64,000 nucleotides of DNA from Balanoglossus misakiensis (GCA_040954595.2 CM082589.2:11172894-11236893), one strand, 5' to 3'; shown: positions 44,422 to 56,099, counted from the stretch's first letter. A program made the numbers and translations. Notes: generated by a model from the letters alone, not told the origin.

Positions 44422-44571
44422 AAAAATGAAAAAAAATCCATGAGGTCTCAAAATGAATACACACCAATTTCTAAAGCAATTTGACCAGTTTCCACCAATT
44501 TCACATTGGTCCCAGTGGTAGATAGACATATACGAAATGGGAACCAAAGAATAAAACACATTTCAAAGATT

Positions 44572-44887
44572 TAACACATCTTTTTCCTCAAGAGTGTTTT
44601 TCAAATCTTCTCCACATCCTTCAAAATCGCCACCATAAAGCCATATTACTTGTAGTGCTTATGTTTGTCATATCTAGGTGATGCATACCACTATAGATGT
44701 GTACCCTTTGTATAGAGGCAGATTAAACAGGTGTGGTACCTGTTAAATATCTGACTTCTTTAAATTACAGCCACAATCGTCAGTCAACAAGATGTTCATG
44801 TAGATGTATACCTAGCAGTAAGCTTATTTAGATTGACAAATCTTAGATGAAAATAATGAAAAAGTGGCACAACCCTTAGGGCTTTAA
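44572..44887 (+). mobile_element. TTAA-site MITE, copy 1 (one end deleted)
   Basis: Homologous to 50920-51292 (aagccatattacttg; cagtaagcttattt; ends aaaagtggc...ggctTTAA). Confidence 0.6.
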
Positions 44888-45694
44888 CTAGCAGCTTTAT
44901 GCCAGATGAGTTCGAGTCTAACGATGTAATGTTGACATTAAGGTTTCATTGAAATAACTTGGGAACCTCTCTACTATTTGAAGCACCAAAGCTGTGAAAA
45001 ACTTCCTTCTTTCCCTGAGTTTTTTATGAATATGTTCTAATCTGGGACAACAATTTGTTGCCAAGTGTCTTGACCCCTTTACCAAATGTCAGGGACCGGA
45101 TTTTTTTCAGCAAAATTTCAAATAACCTTGGCTGATTTTTTACCTACTTTCACATATTGGGTAGCATGAAACAAAGTATGGCTTCCAGAAGGGTTATAGA
45201 TACAGTGTTTTGTAATAACAAGAATTAACATGAAACTATAATTTCATGGTTAATTTAGGACCGCCTTAATCTATGGTAATGTCATTAAATATTTGCATAT
45301 CTAATTGTAGGCTATCCAGTGGAGGGAGAAACCTAAACATGGACAACATTGGGGTCAAAATTGTTTGACAGAACTTTGGGTGACTTTGGGTAAACCTTGA
45401 CCAACATTACTATATCTTGGCATCCAGAGCAGATGCAACCTTGACACTTGGAGTGATGGAAATGCATAATGGAGTATTATGTCTCAGCTAGTCACAGTGC
45501 TTTTGCTGTGTTTTATGTCTTTTATTCAGCCAAATTAGATGTTTTTTATTACACATTGGATGTGTTTGCCAGTACTTTTTAGCTGGTCACACTGCCTTAA
45601 GACAATGTATTCTCAAAATACCATGCAATCATTATAAAGCATATACAGCAGACAAAGTTATGGTATGATTGAACTTGCCCTTCTTTGTGACTAA

Positions 45695-45910
45695 AGCATG
45701 ACCGGCCTGTCTTAGGTGGCCCCTACCTAGGGGCTTTACCCGTCATTGGCTCACAGTCTGAGAAATCAGCTCTGCAGGGAAGTTAACGATGTAACCCACC
45801 ATTAAAGCTTGGATTTCCGCTTTTTGTATCTGATGCCTGGCTGAGGCCTTCTTAGGATCTACCCAACGCTGAGTAGGCTATCCCGTCATTGGCACACAGT
45901 CTCAGGGAGG
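45695..45910. ncRNA. Candidate structured RNA with two related stem-loop motifs (45704-45759, 45845-45902); family and strand unresolved
   Basis: Shared frame ggcc-YKtcttagg-[variable hairpin]-cccgtcattggcWcacagtct. The central hairpins differ in sequence yet both pair. Only 2 mismatches in ~240 bp versus the right-arm copy. Confidence 0.55.
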
Positions 45911-45964
45911 GAGTCCAAAGTTCAGTATACCAGCAAAGCCTTTATATTGTCCATTCTTTTTAAG

Positions 45965-46057
45965 AGAAGGCTGGCTGCTGTAGAAAAATGTTGATCTCAA
46001 ATGTATCATGTCCAAAAAAAGGCAGACTTCCAGCCCTATTGGTTAGGCTGGCATTAG
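45965..46057 (+). other. Candidate non-coding exon
   Basis: Acceptor ccattctttttaag| and donor |gtatgt. The mirror copy (61606-61696, minus) has donor |gtaagt and is 2 nt shorter, so reading frame is not kept. An upstream donor at 45663 (gtatga; mirror gtaaga) defines a 302-nt intron in both arms. Confidence 0.45.
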
Positions 46058-47049
46058 GTATGTACATAATTAATGAGGCAAGACATAATATTCCATTACA
46101 TAGTTCCATAACTCCAAGTGTCAAGGATGTATCTGTGCCGGATGCCAAGATATAGGAATGTAGGTCAAAGTTTACCCAAGATCACCCAAAAGTTTGTCAA
46201 CAGATTTTGACCCCAGAGTTGTCCATGTCCAGGTTACCACATCCACTAGAATAAGATATGCACATATTTAATGAGGTTACCATAGCTCAAGGGGGTCTTT
46301 AATTAACCATCAACATTTAGTTTCATATTAATGCATGTTAATATAATACACTGTATCTATAACCCTACTGGTAAGCCTAGAATTAGGTACATGCGAAAGT
46401 TTTTGACAAGATAGATAAGTTGTAAAATATGTACATGAACCTGACAATTGACTTAAAATAACATAAGGCAGACTTGATACTTATCGGAGATAGATACTAA
46501 TAACAACAGTGATGTTAATTACACTGGGAATGTTTGTCTTATTATAGCTACATGTAAAAGACTGCTTGAGGTAATGTAATTAAAGTGACCACTTGCGATT
46601 CACCTTCAAAGTGCTATGCAAGTCTACGGTACATTGTTTTTCCAATGATTGGACAAAGGATATTCATAATGTGTAATTAAGGCTGGATAGCATTTTCAAT
46701 GTAATAAGCCCTGCCTTCACTATAATCTTACGCCAAATCAACATTGTTCAATTTATGTTAATAATTTCACTAAGGGATACTTGTTACATCAAATTTCCCA
46801 GCAAGGGGTGTCAGATTATTGGGCAAGTGGCATGCATGACACTAGACGATACTTTTGGAAGCAAAGCGGACAGAACACGGCTGGATATAGACTAGGTAAT
46901 TCTGAATGTGACCATGAACTGTACCACAGACTCTGTATTGTATGTTTCTGAAGAATCCCATTTAACCCAGACATCAACATACTTCAACCTTGTAAGAAGT
47001 AGAACATACATGATTTACTAGTAAATATTTGCTAGGTTATTACACACTT

Positions 47050-47975
47050 TGGATTACACAAAAATAGGTGTGTACACCGCTGTGACATTGCCAAGCAGAT
47101 ATGACCTACCAGGTAACCTAATACAATTTCACAGGAATCGGAGTATTTTCAGTGAAAACAACATTTCTTCAACAATGACAAAAACTGCCTCAACCACAAA
47201 AATTCAGATATCAACAAATCCAACAATATCTCACTTCAATCACCACAAGGAACATGCCTACCAAAATTGAAAGCAATTTGACATGCGGTTTCAAAGAATA
47301 CAAATTGCAAAAATTGCCTCAAGACCACAAATATGCAAATTTCACCAAAATGATATACAACATTACTTGGGTTACCTCATGGAACAAGCAAACCAAAATT
47401 TAAATGCAACCTGACCTGACATAGAGTTTCAGAGAAAATGATTTTTGACCAAAAATGACAAAATTACATTTCCCAAAAATTACAAATTTTGCCACAATTT
47501 AAACAATACTAACAAAGATTACCTATAGGAAATAGCTTACTAAATTCTAGATACAATTCACGATATTAGCTGAAAGTATATCAGGCGTGACATAAGCTAC
47601 ATGCATACAAATGTTCAAAGCAATCTGACCAGTTGTTGAGTTTCTGAGTTTTGATCAATTTCACATTGCTCCAGGTAATTAGCATATTTCATTTGAACAG
47701 GCGTGCCTGCATCTAAAAACCCAATATCAAGACTTACCACACAGACTCTGTATTGTATGTTTCTGGAGTAATCAAATAAAACCAATCATGAAAATACTTC
47801 AACCTTCTTAATATGAACAAAATCCTATTTACAGGCTGGCCTACATCTACACACCAAATATCAAGGGGATACGCGAAGGGGTTTTCAAGTTTTTGATGTG
47901 GACAGACATACATACATCCATACATACTACATACACACATACAGAGGCAACTGACTGGTCAGAAGGCATGAGCAA
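47050..47975 (-). mobile_element. Degraded HINE-like element shared by both arms
   Basis: Same type of internal repeats as 42290-43246 (aaatatgcaaatttcacc, aaagcaatctgaccag, tttcaagtttttgatg) followed by an ACAT microsatellite at 47901-47943. Counterpart at ~58290-59100. Confidence 0.55.
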
Positions 47976-49659
47976 AAATGCAGGAAATCAATGTTGTGAC
48001 ACTGGTAGTAGGCCTTAATGTATACAATATCAAGACAGTTTATTTAACATGAAGTTTGATATGTTCATAATCATTCAGAGCTAAGCATATTTTGAAATTG
48101 TAAAATTAATATCAATCACATGAAAACTGACAGCATGCTTTCATTTGGGAATTTAGGTATTGTAATTAACACTAACAGTCATGAAACTATTGAATCGTCA
48201 ATAAAATCATACAGTAGAAATTAATGGGTTTTCTATTTATATGCGATGTGAAAATGCAACTTGTGGTCCTTCGGCCAGTAAGAGGCATCAGATAATATTG
48301 TAAGACCCAGTTGCCCAATTGATTAGACCTACATGTATGCGCTGTGTGAAGCGCAAGTTATGGCAACTGAATTCACAGGACACTGAAGAAAGTGGAATCA
48401 CTCAAGGTACATATGTATACATGTAGGCTAACAATCACAACACAGAGAATAGTTCTCCATATTCATTTTTAATACGATAAGATTCACTGAATTGGCGCAT
48501 CCATGGGCAGGCAAGGTTAGTTCCAACTCAATCAGGCCCATGTATCTTGTTCCCTGAGACTGTCTGCTTCTAATAATAGCTGTAAGAACATAATCGTTGA
48601 CCGAATGGTTGGTTCAATTTTGCGACATTTTATGATTTCAAGCTGTGCAATATTTGCAACTCAGTTTCAACTTTGGTTGGAGGGATGATGATGAAGCAAT
48701 TTCACTGACAAAATAGCACTACTAACTGACGTCAATATTTGTTCAAAGTTAAATGCATTGCCATCAGAAAAATGTTTACGAAAAGTTTCGTATGTGAATA
48801 ATAACACTTTTTCGCATAACTGCAAACCCTGTCACAGTTGTGAAATTCTAAGAAAATTCATTCATTAGGTAGAATTCGTGCTTTATGAATTCTTAAACAA
48901 ACTTAGTCATGAAACCTAAATGGTTACCTTACACATGTGGAGGCTCGACTTCTGTGATATGATAGTCTTTAATTAATGTGTATGTGATTCAATACAAATC
49001 CATATGATTACCTGAACATACAAAATAAATTAAAAATAAATACATAAATTAAAAATAAATAAGTATCTCATACATATGCATAAGTGCTTGTGAGAAATAT
49101 ATCATATATCTAAATAAACCTGTCATTTATTGACCTCATTTTCCCAGTAAACCAAAGGACTAAATTGCACTTTAATATTACAGCTTCATTTCAATGCAAC
49201 AGGTACACTACATCATAAGGGAACAAATATGCCAGCTCAACATTTATATAAACAGTGTCAAAATATAAGTGGCTACAAAAGCTTGTGTCCCTTCAATCCA
49301 TTCTCCCACTCAGGTCAAACGTGTTACATATTAAAATTGCAATGTGCATAATATACAATTAGTCTTTTGTAAATTCAGACTGAGAAAATATGACTGATAA
49401 ACATTATCTGGCACATGTTGGTGAATGGCTGGCGTTGATGTTGTGGGTTGAAATCCGAACTATGATTATCGCGGGTACAAATCACATTTATTTTCTCAGA
49501 GACAACACGTTTGCAACTTCGGGACAGAAAGGTGAAAACGAACGTCATTAGTTCTTGGGAAAAAACTCTGAAATCAATTTCGGTGAGGTCAAATGTGTTC
49601 CAAAGGCAAACCGTTTCTGGTAAACAAATCAATGGCAAATAGTTACTTCGGCGACTTAC

Positions 49660-49865
49660 CAATCAATCAACATGGCTGCCAAATCGTTGGATATCCCGGT
49701 TTCATCTCGCGATCATTCTATCTTCCGATATGGCGTTGCTTGGTTAAATTCGTCTCTTCTTTGCCGACATAGTCGGGCGACAGCGGTCCAGAAGCATATA
49801 CAGCGACGCCATCTTGTTTACAATGTGAAGTATCAACTGCGCATGCTCAATGGTTGTTGATTGGA
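49660..49865 (-). promoter_or_regulatory. CpG-rich promoter and first-exon candidate, left copy, facing outward
   Basis: NRF1-like tgcgcatgc (49838-49846), YY1 motif caagatggcg on minus (~49807-49816), tctcgcga (~49706), an opposite-strand YY1-like aacatggctgcc (49669-49680), and a minus-strand donor G|gtaagt after 49660. Confidence 0.55.
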
Positions 49866-50919
49866 AAGTGGGCAGAGCCTGCAAGATCCAGGGTTCGCTT
49901 GACCGGCCAAACGCGGTTATTCTCCCTGGACCAAATCATTTAAGCGTCAGGCGTAATACATCACATAATTGACTGGAAAACTAAACAGTCTTCCACCTAT
50001 ATATCAACACAGTTTATTAAACCAGCACCCGCGCAAATATTTACAAGTATATGATTAAAATTGATCAAATCATTAATCGCACGGTTACAGCTGTCATAGT
50101 TTCTAATAATATTATTCACTGGTAGCGCTGACATACCATGTTGAAACTTGTCGCGGAAAACAAGATAATTGATCTTACGGTGTCATTTGTTTTTAAAAAG
50201 TGCTTAATAACTATTGATCCCATTGATATATTTTTCCATATTTATATATTTTTCGCAAAGTTTGACTGCTTGGGCTACTAATAGCATGGTAATCACAATG
50301 GATTTACCACCTCCCAGCTGCGTTATAAAAGAATGCCTATTCTGTGGACACTAGCCTCATCGAAGACCGAACGTGTTCATCGATGTTTCCATTCATGACG
50401 AATCCAATGCAGGCGTCGCAGTCATTCTGGCTTTCACGCTGTGGGCACCTCTGGTGACAGCAATTCCCAACAAGTTGCGGGTAAGTAATCACACAACCTA
50501 TATGAGTGAAAGTTTCTTGTCATTTTCGCAACGTCAAGGTTGATATTCTCTTCTTGGATCGAAAATGTGTGACACAACAAATGAATATGCGTGGCAGGGT
50601 CGGCTGTGTCTTTTGCTTCGAGGCATAGTCGTCAGACACACATCCCTAACACGCGAAGCCAGCTTATCCTTTGATCAAATGGCAGCGCTATTCTAAATAT
50701 TTTACAGCATGCCCTAAAGGACAAACACGTGCCGCTGGAAGAGGCCAAAACTCAGCAGAGACGGCAAGATGTTAACGGAGGTGAGCCCCAACAATAAATT
50801 AATATTGTTCCTTTTATTTAGAAAACGCCGCATAATTAGCCAACCAATCATGGTTATGAGAAACCTCCAAAATACAATGTATCGATATTTACTGCATCTG
50901 TTCATACTTCGCCCGCGCT

Positions 50920-51292
50920 TTAAAAACCCTATAGCTGCTAAAATTGGCATATTTTTTTCCAGAGTAAAATACTTCATATGTATATTCCCTATTCCCTAAA
51001 ATCTTCACCCGTGACCATTAAGCCATATTACTTGCATTTGCATTGGTTTGTCATCACTTGGCGTCGCATTTCACGATAGCTGCTTAGCTGCTATTGTTTG
51101 TATGAAGGCTGATTAAATCGGTGAGGCACCGTTTTAATACATAGCATGTTCCAATTGCAACATGCAGTCACAATCGGGCATCGATAAGATGTTTATGTAT
51201 ACCTATCAGTAAGCTTATTTTGATGAACCAATTTAAGTTGGAAAATAAAATCATGAAAATAATGCAAAAAGTGGCAGCTTTGGAGGCTTTAA
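50920..51292 (+). mobile_element. TTAA-flanked MITE (~370 bp, Kolobok-like termini), copy 2
   Basis: TTAA at 50920-50923 and 51289-51292. Degenerate TIR aaccctatagctgc / gcagctttggaggct. Internal homology to 44572-44887 and 62740-63048. Confidence 0.65.
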
Positions 51293-51322
51293 ACTACAGT
51301 TCTCCCAAATTGTCTTGACTAA

Positions 51323-51473
51323 ATGACATACATGTGGTCAAAAGTTCTGACTGCAGAAGAGGTTGCAGCTCTGGCGGGGGACTGTTCAATTGGAGGAAAT
51401 ATATTTACATGGAATACAGACAATATTGAAATGGCAGCAGAAATAGTTCCTACTGAAAAGAATGCTATCTGCA
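51323..51473 (+). pseudogene. Isolated 3' part of a pentraxin/LamG-like domain exon
   Basis: YMWSKVLTAEEVAALAGDCSIGGNIFTWN resembles the pentraxin C-terminal pattern W-x-x-x-L-[ST]-x-x-E-[IV]...C...G-N-x-x-x-W. Phase-1 donor A|gtgagt at 51474. In-frame TAA immediately upstream and no partner exons recognised. Confidence 0.55.
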
Positions 51474-52355
51474 GTGAGTATCACAACTTTAAAATGAAAG
51501 ATTTTGCAAATTTAAAAAAAATATTGAGTGTTTTGACATGCGTCAGTGGTCAGTAACACACAAGCTGCATGATAAGAGGGTCACGAGAAATTGTAAGCCG
51601 CAATGTATAATGGATTAACTCCATGACCTATGCGACCTACGAACTGTGACGTACAGAATTTATTTCTACGTGTAATGCGGTCTGCGGCAGTGAGCCACAG
51701 ACCGCATTGCGAGAGCAGTGAGAATTCACCACAATGCAAACTTTCTGAACGTAGGTTGATCTTCGAATGAAATATTACCTTGTCACCGGTTTTCCACATG
51801 GCTACACTGTAAAATTGGGTGACGTGTTCGTTCACAAGTGGAATAATTGTGAGTAGTAAAGCACGCGAAGTTAAGCAACGAGCACGTTTTGAAATGCGCG
51901 CAGATGATCCCAGTTTAGCAAATTCCATTGCGTGCATGCAAAAAAAATAATACTGTACCGGGGGTGAGCCTACTTTCTTTCCATACAGATACACGTATAT
52001 GTTGGTTAAGGTATGTGACAAACAGTTTTCATGTAACAGCCAGTGATGCTGACCATAAAACCAGCGCAGCTGATGCTTTCATCTACAATTTGCAACATGG
52101 ACGTTTGTGTCTCTGCATGTGTCGTGCATGTTACTGCTGAACAAAAAAGATATGCGGGCACCACAGGCTGGCGAAAGCGGTGCTCACGTGCTCTGCAAGC
52201 TGATGTTGTCACTAAATTGGCAAAGTATTGTACACATGGAGGAGTTTCTTGAGCTGTCTGTTGTATAAATGTCGGTTGTGAGTACATTATTTTTTATTTT
52301 ATTTTAATAATTTTCAAAGCCCCTATGATTGAAGCATATTATTACGACTCATCCG

Positions 52356-52418
52356 TTCATCATTCATTCATTCATTCATTCATTCATTCATTCATTCATT
52401 CATCCATTCAGTCAGTCA
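52356..52418. repeat. (TTCA)n microsatellite
   Basis: cattcattcattcatt... about 12 units, grading into cagt. Confidence 0.9.
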
Positions 52419-52800
52419 CTGTACCAATTGAAGACGCCCTTGTATAGGAGAATTTAGCTATGTACTGAGTGTCTTTTCATTTTTTCTTCATCCTATAGAA
52501 TCTACCGACCTGGTCGCTGTCAATAACAATTCAACTCCTTAAACATCCTGTGTGTGTGAAGTCTATGAACACTGGCCATGCATTTCAATTCAAGGACAAA
52601 ATGAATGCGCAATATTTCGTTTTATCGAGAGTAATGTGCAGTGATTAAATTTGCTAGGGCTCTCTTAGCAGATTTGGAGTTAGTCATTTTGGTAGAAACT
52701 TTTCGAGATGGGAAATCTTTGGTCATCTAACCAAGTTATTTGTATTTTTGTTATATAAGACAGAGTCATTTCTATATCATAGATGCAAGTTTAATTTATA

Positions 52801-52878
52801 ACATGAATTTGAATAAAATATTTTTTTTTAAATATCACCACATGAATTTGAATAAAATATTTTTTTTTAAATATCACC
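52801..52878. repeat. Perfect 39-bp tandem duplication
   Basis: acatgaatttgaataaaatatttttttttaaatatcacc x2. Confidence 0.92.
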
Positions 52879-54907
52879 AGATTGAAATCTTTGGAAGTTT
52901 GCACTTAGAGGGATGGCATGGCAGTTTTCCACTGTTCATATTACAAAGAATTTGGCGTCACGTGTAGATTTCATGAGTGTTCGAGTTTTGCTCTTCCCAG
53001 CCTCGTACCCACAATCCTCTGATACTTACACTTACGTCAGTTCTATAGCCGCTGACCCACTAGATTCTCCTTATGAATTGCCCAAATTATTTGTTGGTAT
53101 AGTTTTGATAGTTGGTGCACGGAAACTTTTGATCGATTCACGAAATTCAAAATATGTTACATCACAAACCTCATAAAATGGAGGCTAGAGTAGCCTGTTT
53201 GTTTTCAGGTAATTTTACAATTACCTCAATTACCTTTTTTCGAGGGAGGGGGTTAAGAAAACATACAGATTGAAATAACAAGGAAGTGGTATATCAAACT
53301 GAAACCTTATCTCAATCGTGATTCTAGAGTGTTTCCATGTCATGTGACATCCACAAAAATGTGGTATTATCTTGAAAAGAGTCCCGATTTCCCAAACTGG
53401 TTTTGCGAATGTACTTCACTTTGGAGCAATGCATGAGTACATTCGTAGAAAGATATTGCTCCACTATTTACTGACACTCCTCTTGTACTGCAAATATTAC
53501 TGCATTCTGTCAGGGCAAGACAAAAGACACAGCAGAACTGCCAGAATTAAAACAGACAACTGGCAATTTCAATAAACATGTAATAACAAATATATGTAAC
53601 ATTGAATGAGGTGTCCATACAGCTTGGTCATTTAAAGACCTCCAGTCATTGTGACAATGCATAAATATTTATGTACACCATGTTAAAAATTAGTTCAGGC
53701 ATACCTTATACATGTATGTTTTTGACTGACCATATCCTCAGCACGCCCTTTTTTTCAAAAAGACTATCATTATTCTCTGCCAGGCAGAGAGTTGCCGCTT
53801 TCTTGTTAACAATAATATACTATTATAACATTGCATAGATTCCTGTTTGTTTCTGTCCATATCTCACAAACTGTGGTGTGCATACTGTTGAAATGACCTC
53901 AAGAAGAAAATGCCAAATGGAAAAATATTTGACATACTAACCTGTATGATAATGTTATACGGTACAATATATTTAACGGTTCCAATCCAATGTTGAGAAC
54001 TAACAAAACAATTTGAGCAGAATTCATTTAAAATTAATTGCAGTTCCGTTTCACCGCATTTCATAGGATGCTGGCTAAAATTCATACTATGGTGGATTAC
54101 CTGTTATGCATTTCTTTCCCTATTTCGTCTGGCAGATTTGAGTTTGACAAGCTGTCATTTTCCTTTCAGCTCCGCAAAATTGATGGATTTACTTTGACAG
54201 CACACAGACTGTCCATTTGTCATCGGAGATACAAGCAGCATCAGGTGCTGAACAGCTTGCAGCAGTGTTGGAAAAGAGTACACAACACTAACTTGCAAGA
54301 GTGCTTTGGCCCTTTCTTCACACTGTCCGAAACTTGTTGTGTTACATCATTGCTTAATGAATAAGAAATACACAGGTATTTAGCGTTCTATTCAATACCT
54401 ACAATAGATAAAAGGGTGTCGGTCTGTATGCGACAATCTTCAATGTTCTTATGAGCACAAGGCTTTATTCAGGGAACGTTTTACAGTAAGAATTATATGA
54501 TATAAACTGAATAGGTTTGCTGTCTGTCAACTCTTCTGTCTTTGTCTTACCGATACGGTTCTAACCGCGAACACTGAGGCTTCTCTGCTCGTACACAGTA
54601 TAAATCAATGGATGATAAAATGCGCCCTCTTTTGGTGAACTCTTCCTACCGCCCGACCTTCTACCTTACATTAAGGCATGTAGGGCGGTCAGGTAGATGG
54701 CAGTGTATTGCAAGCGTCTCTTGCATATTTTTTTCCGCCAGGAATGGCATACATTCGTTTTTGGCGACACCACAACTGCTGGAACTTCTCGAAAAATTGA
54801 GAGCCGGATTTCATAAATGCTCATGTTTTCCGAAGGGCTGAAAGAAGATCCAGAGTGGAATATTTAAATTTGCCTGTGGCAGACATCATAGTGGCTGCCA
54901 GTTATTC

Positions 54908-55098
54908 TATTTCTTGTGCAAGAGATAGTATCTTGTTCCAGCGAGATGTTTTCTCGTGTGCACGAGAAACATGCTATCTCGTGCATATCTCGTGCGCACG
55001 AGAAAATTGCGAGCGCACTCGTGTTCACGAGAAAATATCACATGCACACGTAAGTCGTGCGCACGAGATAAAAAAATGTGCCCTGTAGTCTTTCTTAG
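54908..55098. repeat. Cluster of palindromic units tctcgtgcgcacgaga, probable degenerate MITE
   Basis: At least five variants of the palindrome (e.g. ttctcgtgtgcacgagaa, tctcgtgcgcacgaga, ctcgtgttcacgag) within ~190 bp. Confidence 0.6.
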
Positions 55099-55164
55099 GA
55101 CATGGTAGCGTGACGTCGCATTGTAATTAACGGACGATCTTGGAAATTCGGCTATTAATGGTGA

Positions 55165-55497
55165 ATGGACTTTCGCCTCCTTCGAACAACAACAGAGACT
55201 GACGTCGCAACAATGACAGAAAAAGTGAAGCAAATGGCCGACAAAACGAAGAGAATCGGAAAACGGGCAGGATCCTCGGCACAGACATCTGGGAATAATA
55301 CCACCACATCAAATAGAACGACGAGTAGTGCAGGACAAACCGCCACCAGTGACTATGACAACAAGTCTGAAGGCGATGCTGGCGAACCCTTGCACAATAC
55401 AACTACAGTCCTACAGAGAAATGCAGCCCAGCGCCACTCAAGATTTTCCATTCCTGGTCTGGCAGCAGCCAAAATATGCTGTTGTTTTTTCTCTTAG
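55165..55497 (+). CDS. Hypothetical 110-aa Ser/Thr-rich ORF ending KICCCFFS; may be spurious
   Basis: ATG-initiated ORF in a locally GC-richer stretch, tgacgtcg CRE-like site at 55111, no recognisable domain. Confidence 0.22.
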   Translation: MDFRLLRTTTETDVATMTEKVKQMADKTKRIGKRAGSSAQTSGNNTTTSNRTTSSAGQTATSDYDNKSEGDAGEPLHNTTTVLQRNAAQRHSRFSIPGLAAAKICCCFFS

Positions 55498-56099
55498 AAG
55501 CGACCTCAGTCTGAGCTGCATGAGAATAAACTGTAGGTTGGGAATACAACAAAAAAACACGCAGTCGCTGCGGTCAACACGTAGCTATTAGTTTCATATA
55601 GTATTATGTTCGCTACAGCTCGGAAACCAAAATGTGGTACAACTTCAAGCTACATAAACTGGAAAGCATAGTACGTGCAGAGCAGACCATGGTGACGAAA
55701 GCAGGTATTCTAGGTCGTAAGATAAAAACACGGCGCTAGAAAAACAGTCATCAAAAGTTGCACGTGTTCCCCGGCCACAAATAATGTAATTGTTGGCGCA
55801 CAGAAAGTCCAGTCGATATACGTTTACGCTATAGAAACTCACTCTCTCAGCAAAAGTCTGACACCCTCGTCAATGACAAAACGCAAACCGAGCTGGGTAT
55901 GATCAAGTCAAACATAGGGCCAATCCCCACTCTATGTTTTATTATTTTCCACATACGATGGTTCTAAATAAAAATGTACCTATTTGAAATGCTTACTGAG
56001 GTAAGATCATTGAAAGTTTTCAAACGTTGATGACAAATGTATAACTGATTTTTTACAAATGAATAATCGCGCACTTGCATGTTATTTTCTCTATACCAG

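Larger units (their letters stand above)
45185..46371. repeat. ~300-bp inverted repeat pair (45185-45484 / 46081-46371) enclosing a ~600-bp core, left arm
   Basis: For example gggttatagatacagtg vs cactgtatctataaccc, and ttgacacttggagt vs actccaagtgtcaa. Collinear over the full length, with scattered mismatches. Confidence 0.92.
42042..49851. repeat. Left arm of a large imperfect inverted duplication
   Basis: Reverse-complement matches: 42042-42072 to 63228-63258; 44422-46905 to 60742-63230; 46905-48020 to 58248-59350; 48020-49851 to 56142-57788. Inner boundary ...ctgcgcatgctcaat (49851). Confidence 0.95.

Noticed and set aside
44200-44559. ORFs with CV/CMYV or TYIH repeats (also 58244-58537)
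   Set aside because: Translations of microsatellites inside HINE-like elements.
48680-48735. C/D snoRNA-like ATGATGA...CTGA...CTGA (also gtgatga...ctga at 57458-57485)
   Set aside because: Too short, no convincing terminal stem, and no recognisable rRNA-complementary guide.
49672-49860. 62-aa ORF with a paralogue at 56091-56306
   Set aside because: The similarity only reflects the inverted duplication. The right copy has a stop three codons after the equivalent ATG, and the differences are mostly non-synonymous.
50258-50486. Possible exon ending at a strong gtaagt donor (50481)
   Set aside because: All three frames contain stops over the candidate exon, and there is no recognisable product or linked exon.
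54038-54364. 108-aa ORF and nearby acceptor at ~54169; similar ORFs at 51581-52287
   Set aside because: No domain similarity, non-ATG or weak starts, and no matching donor; consistent with chance ORFs.
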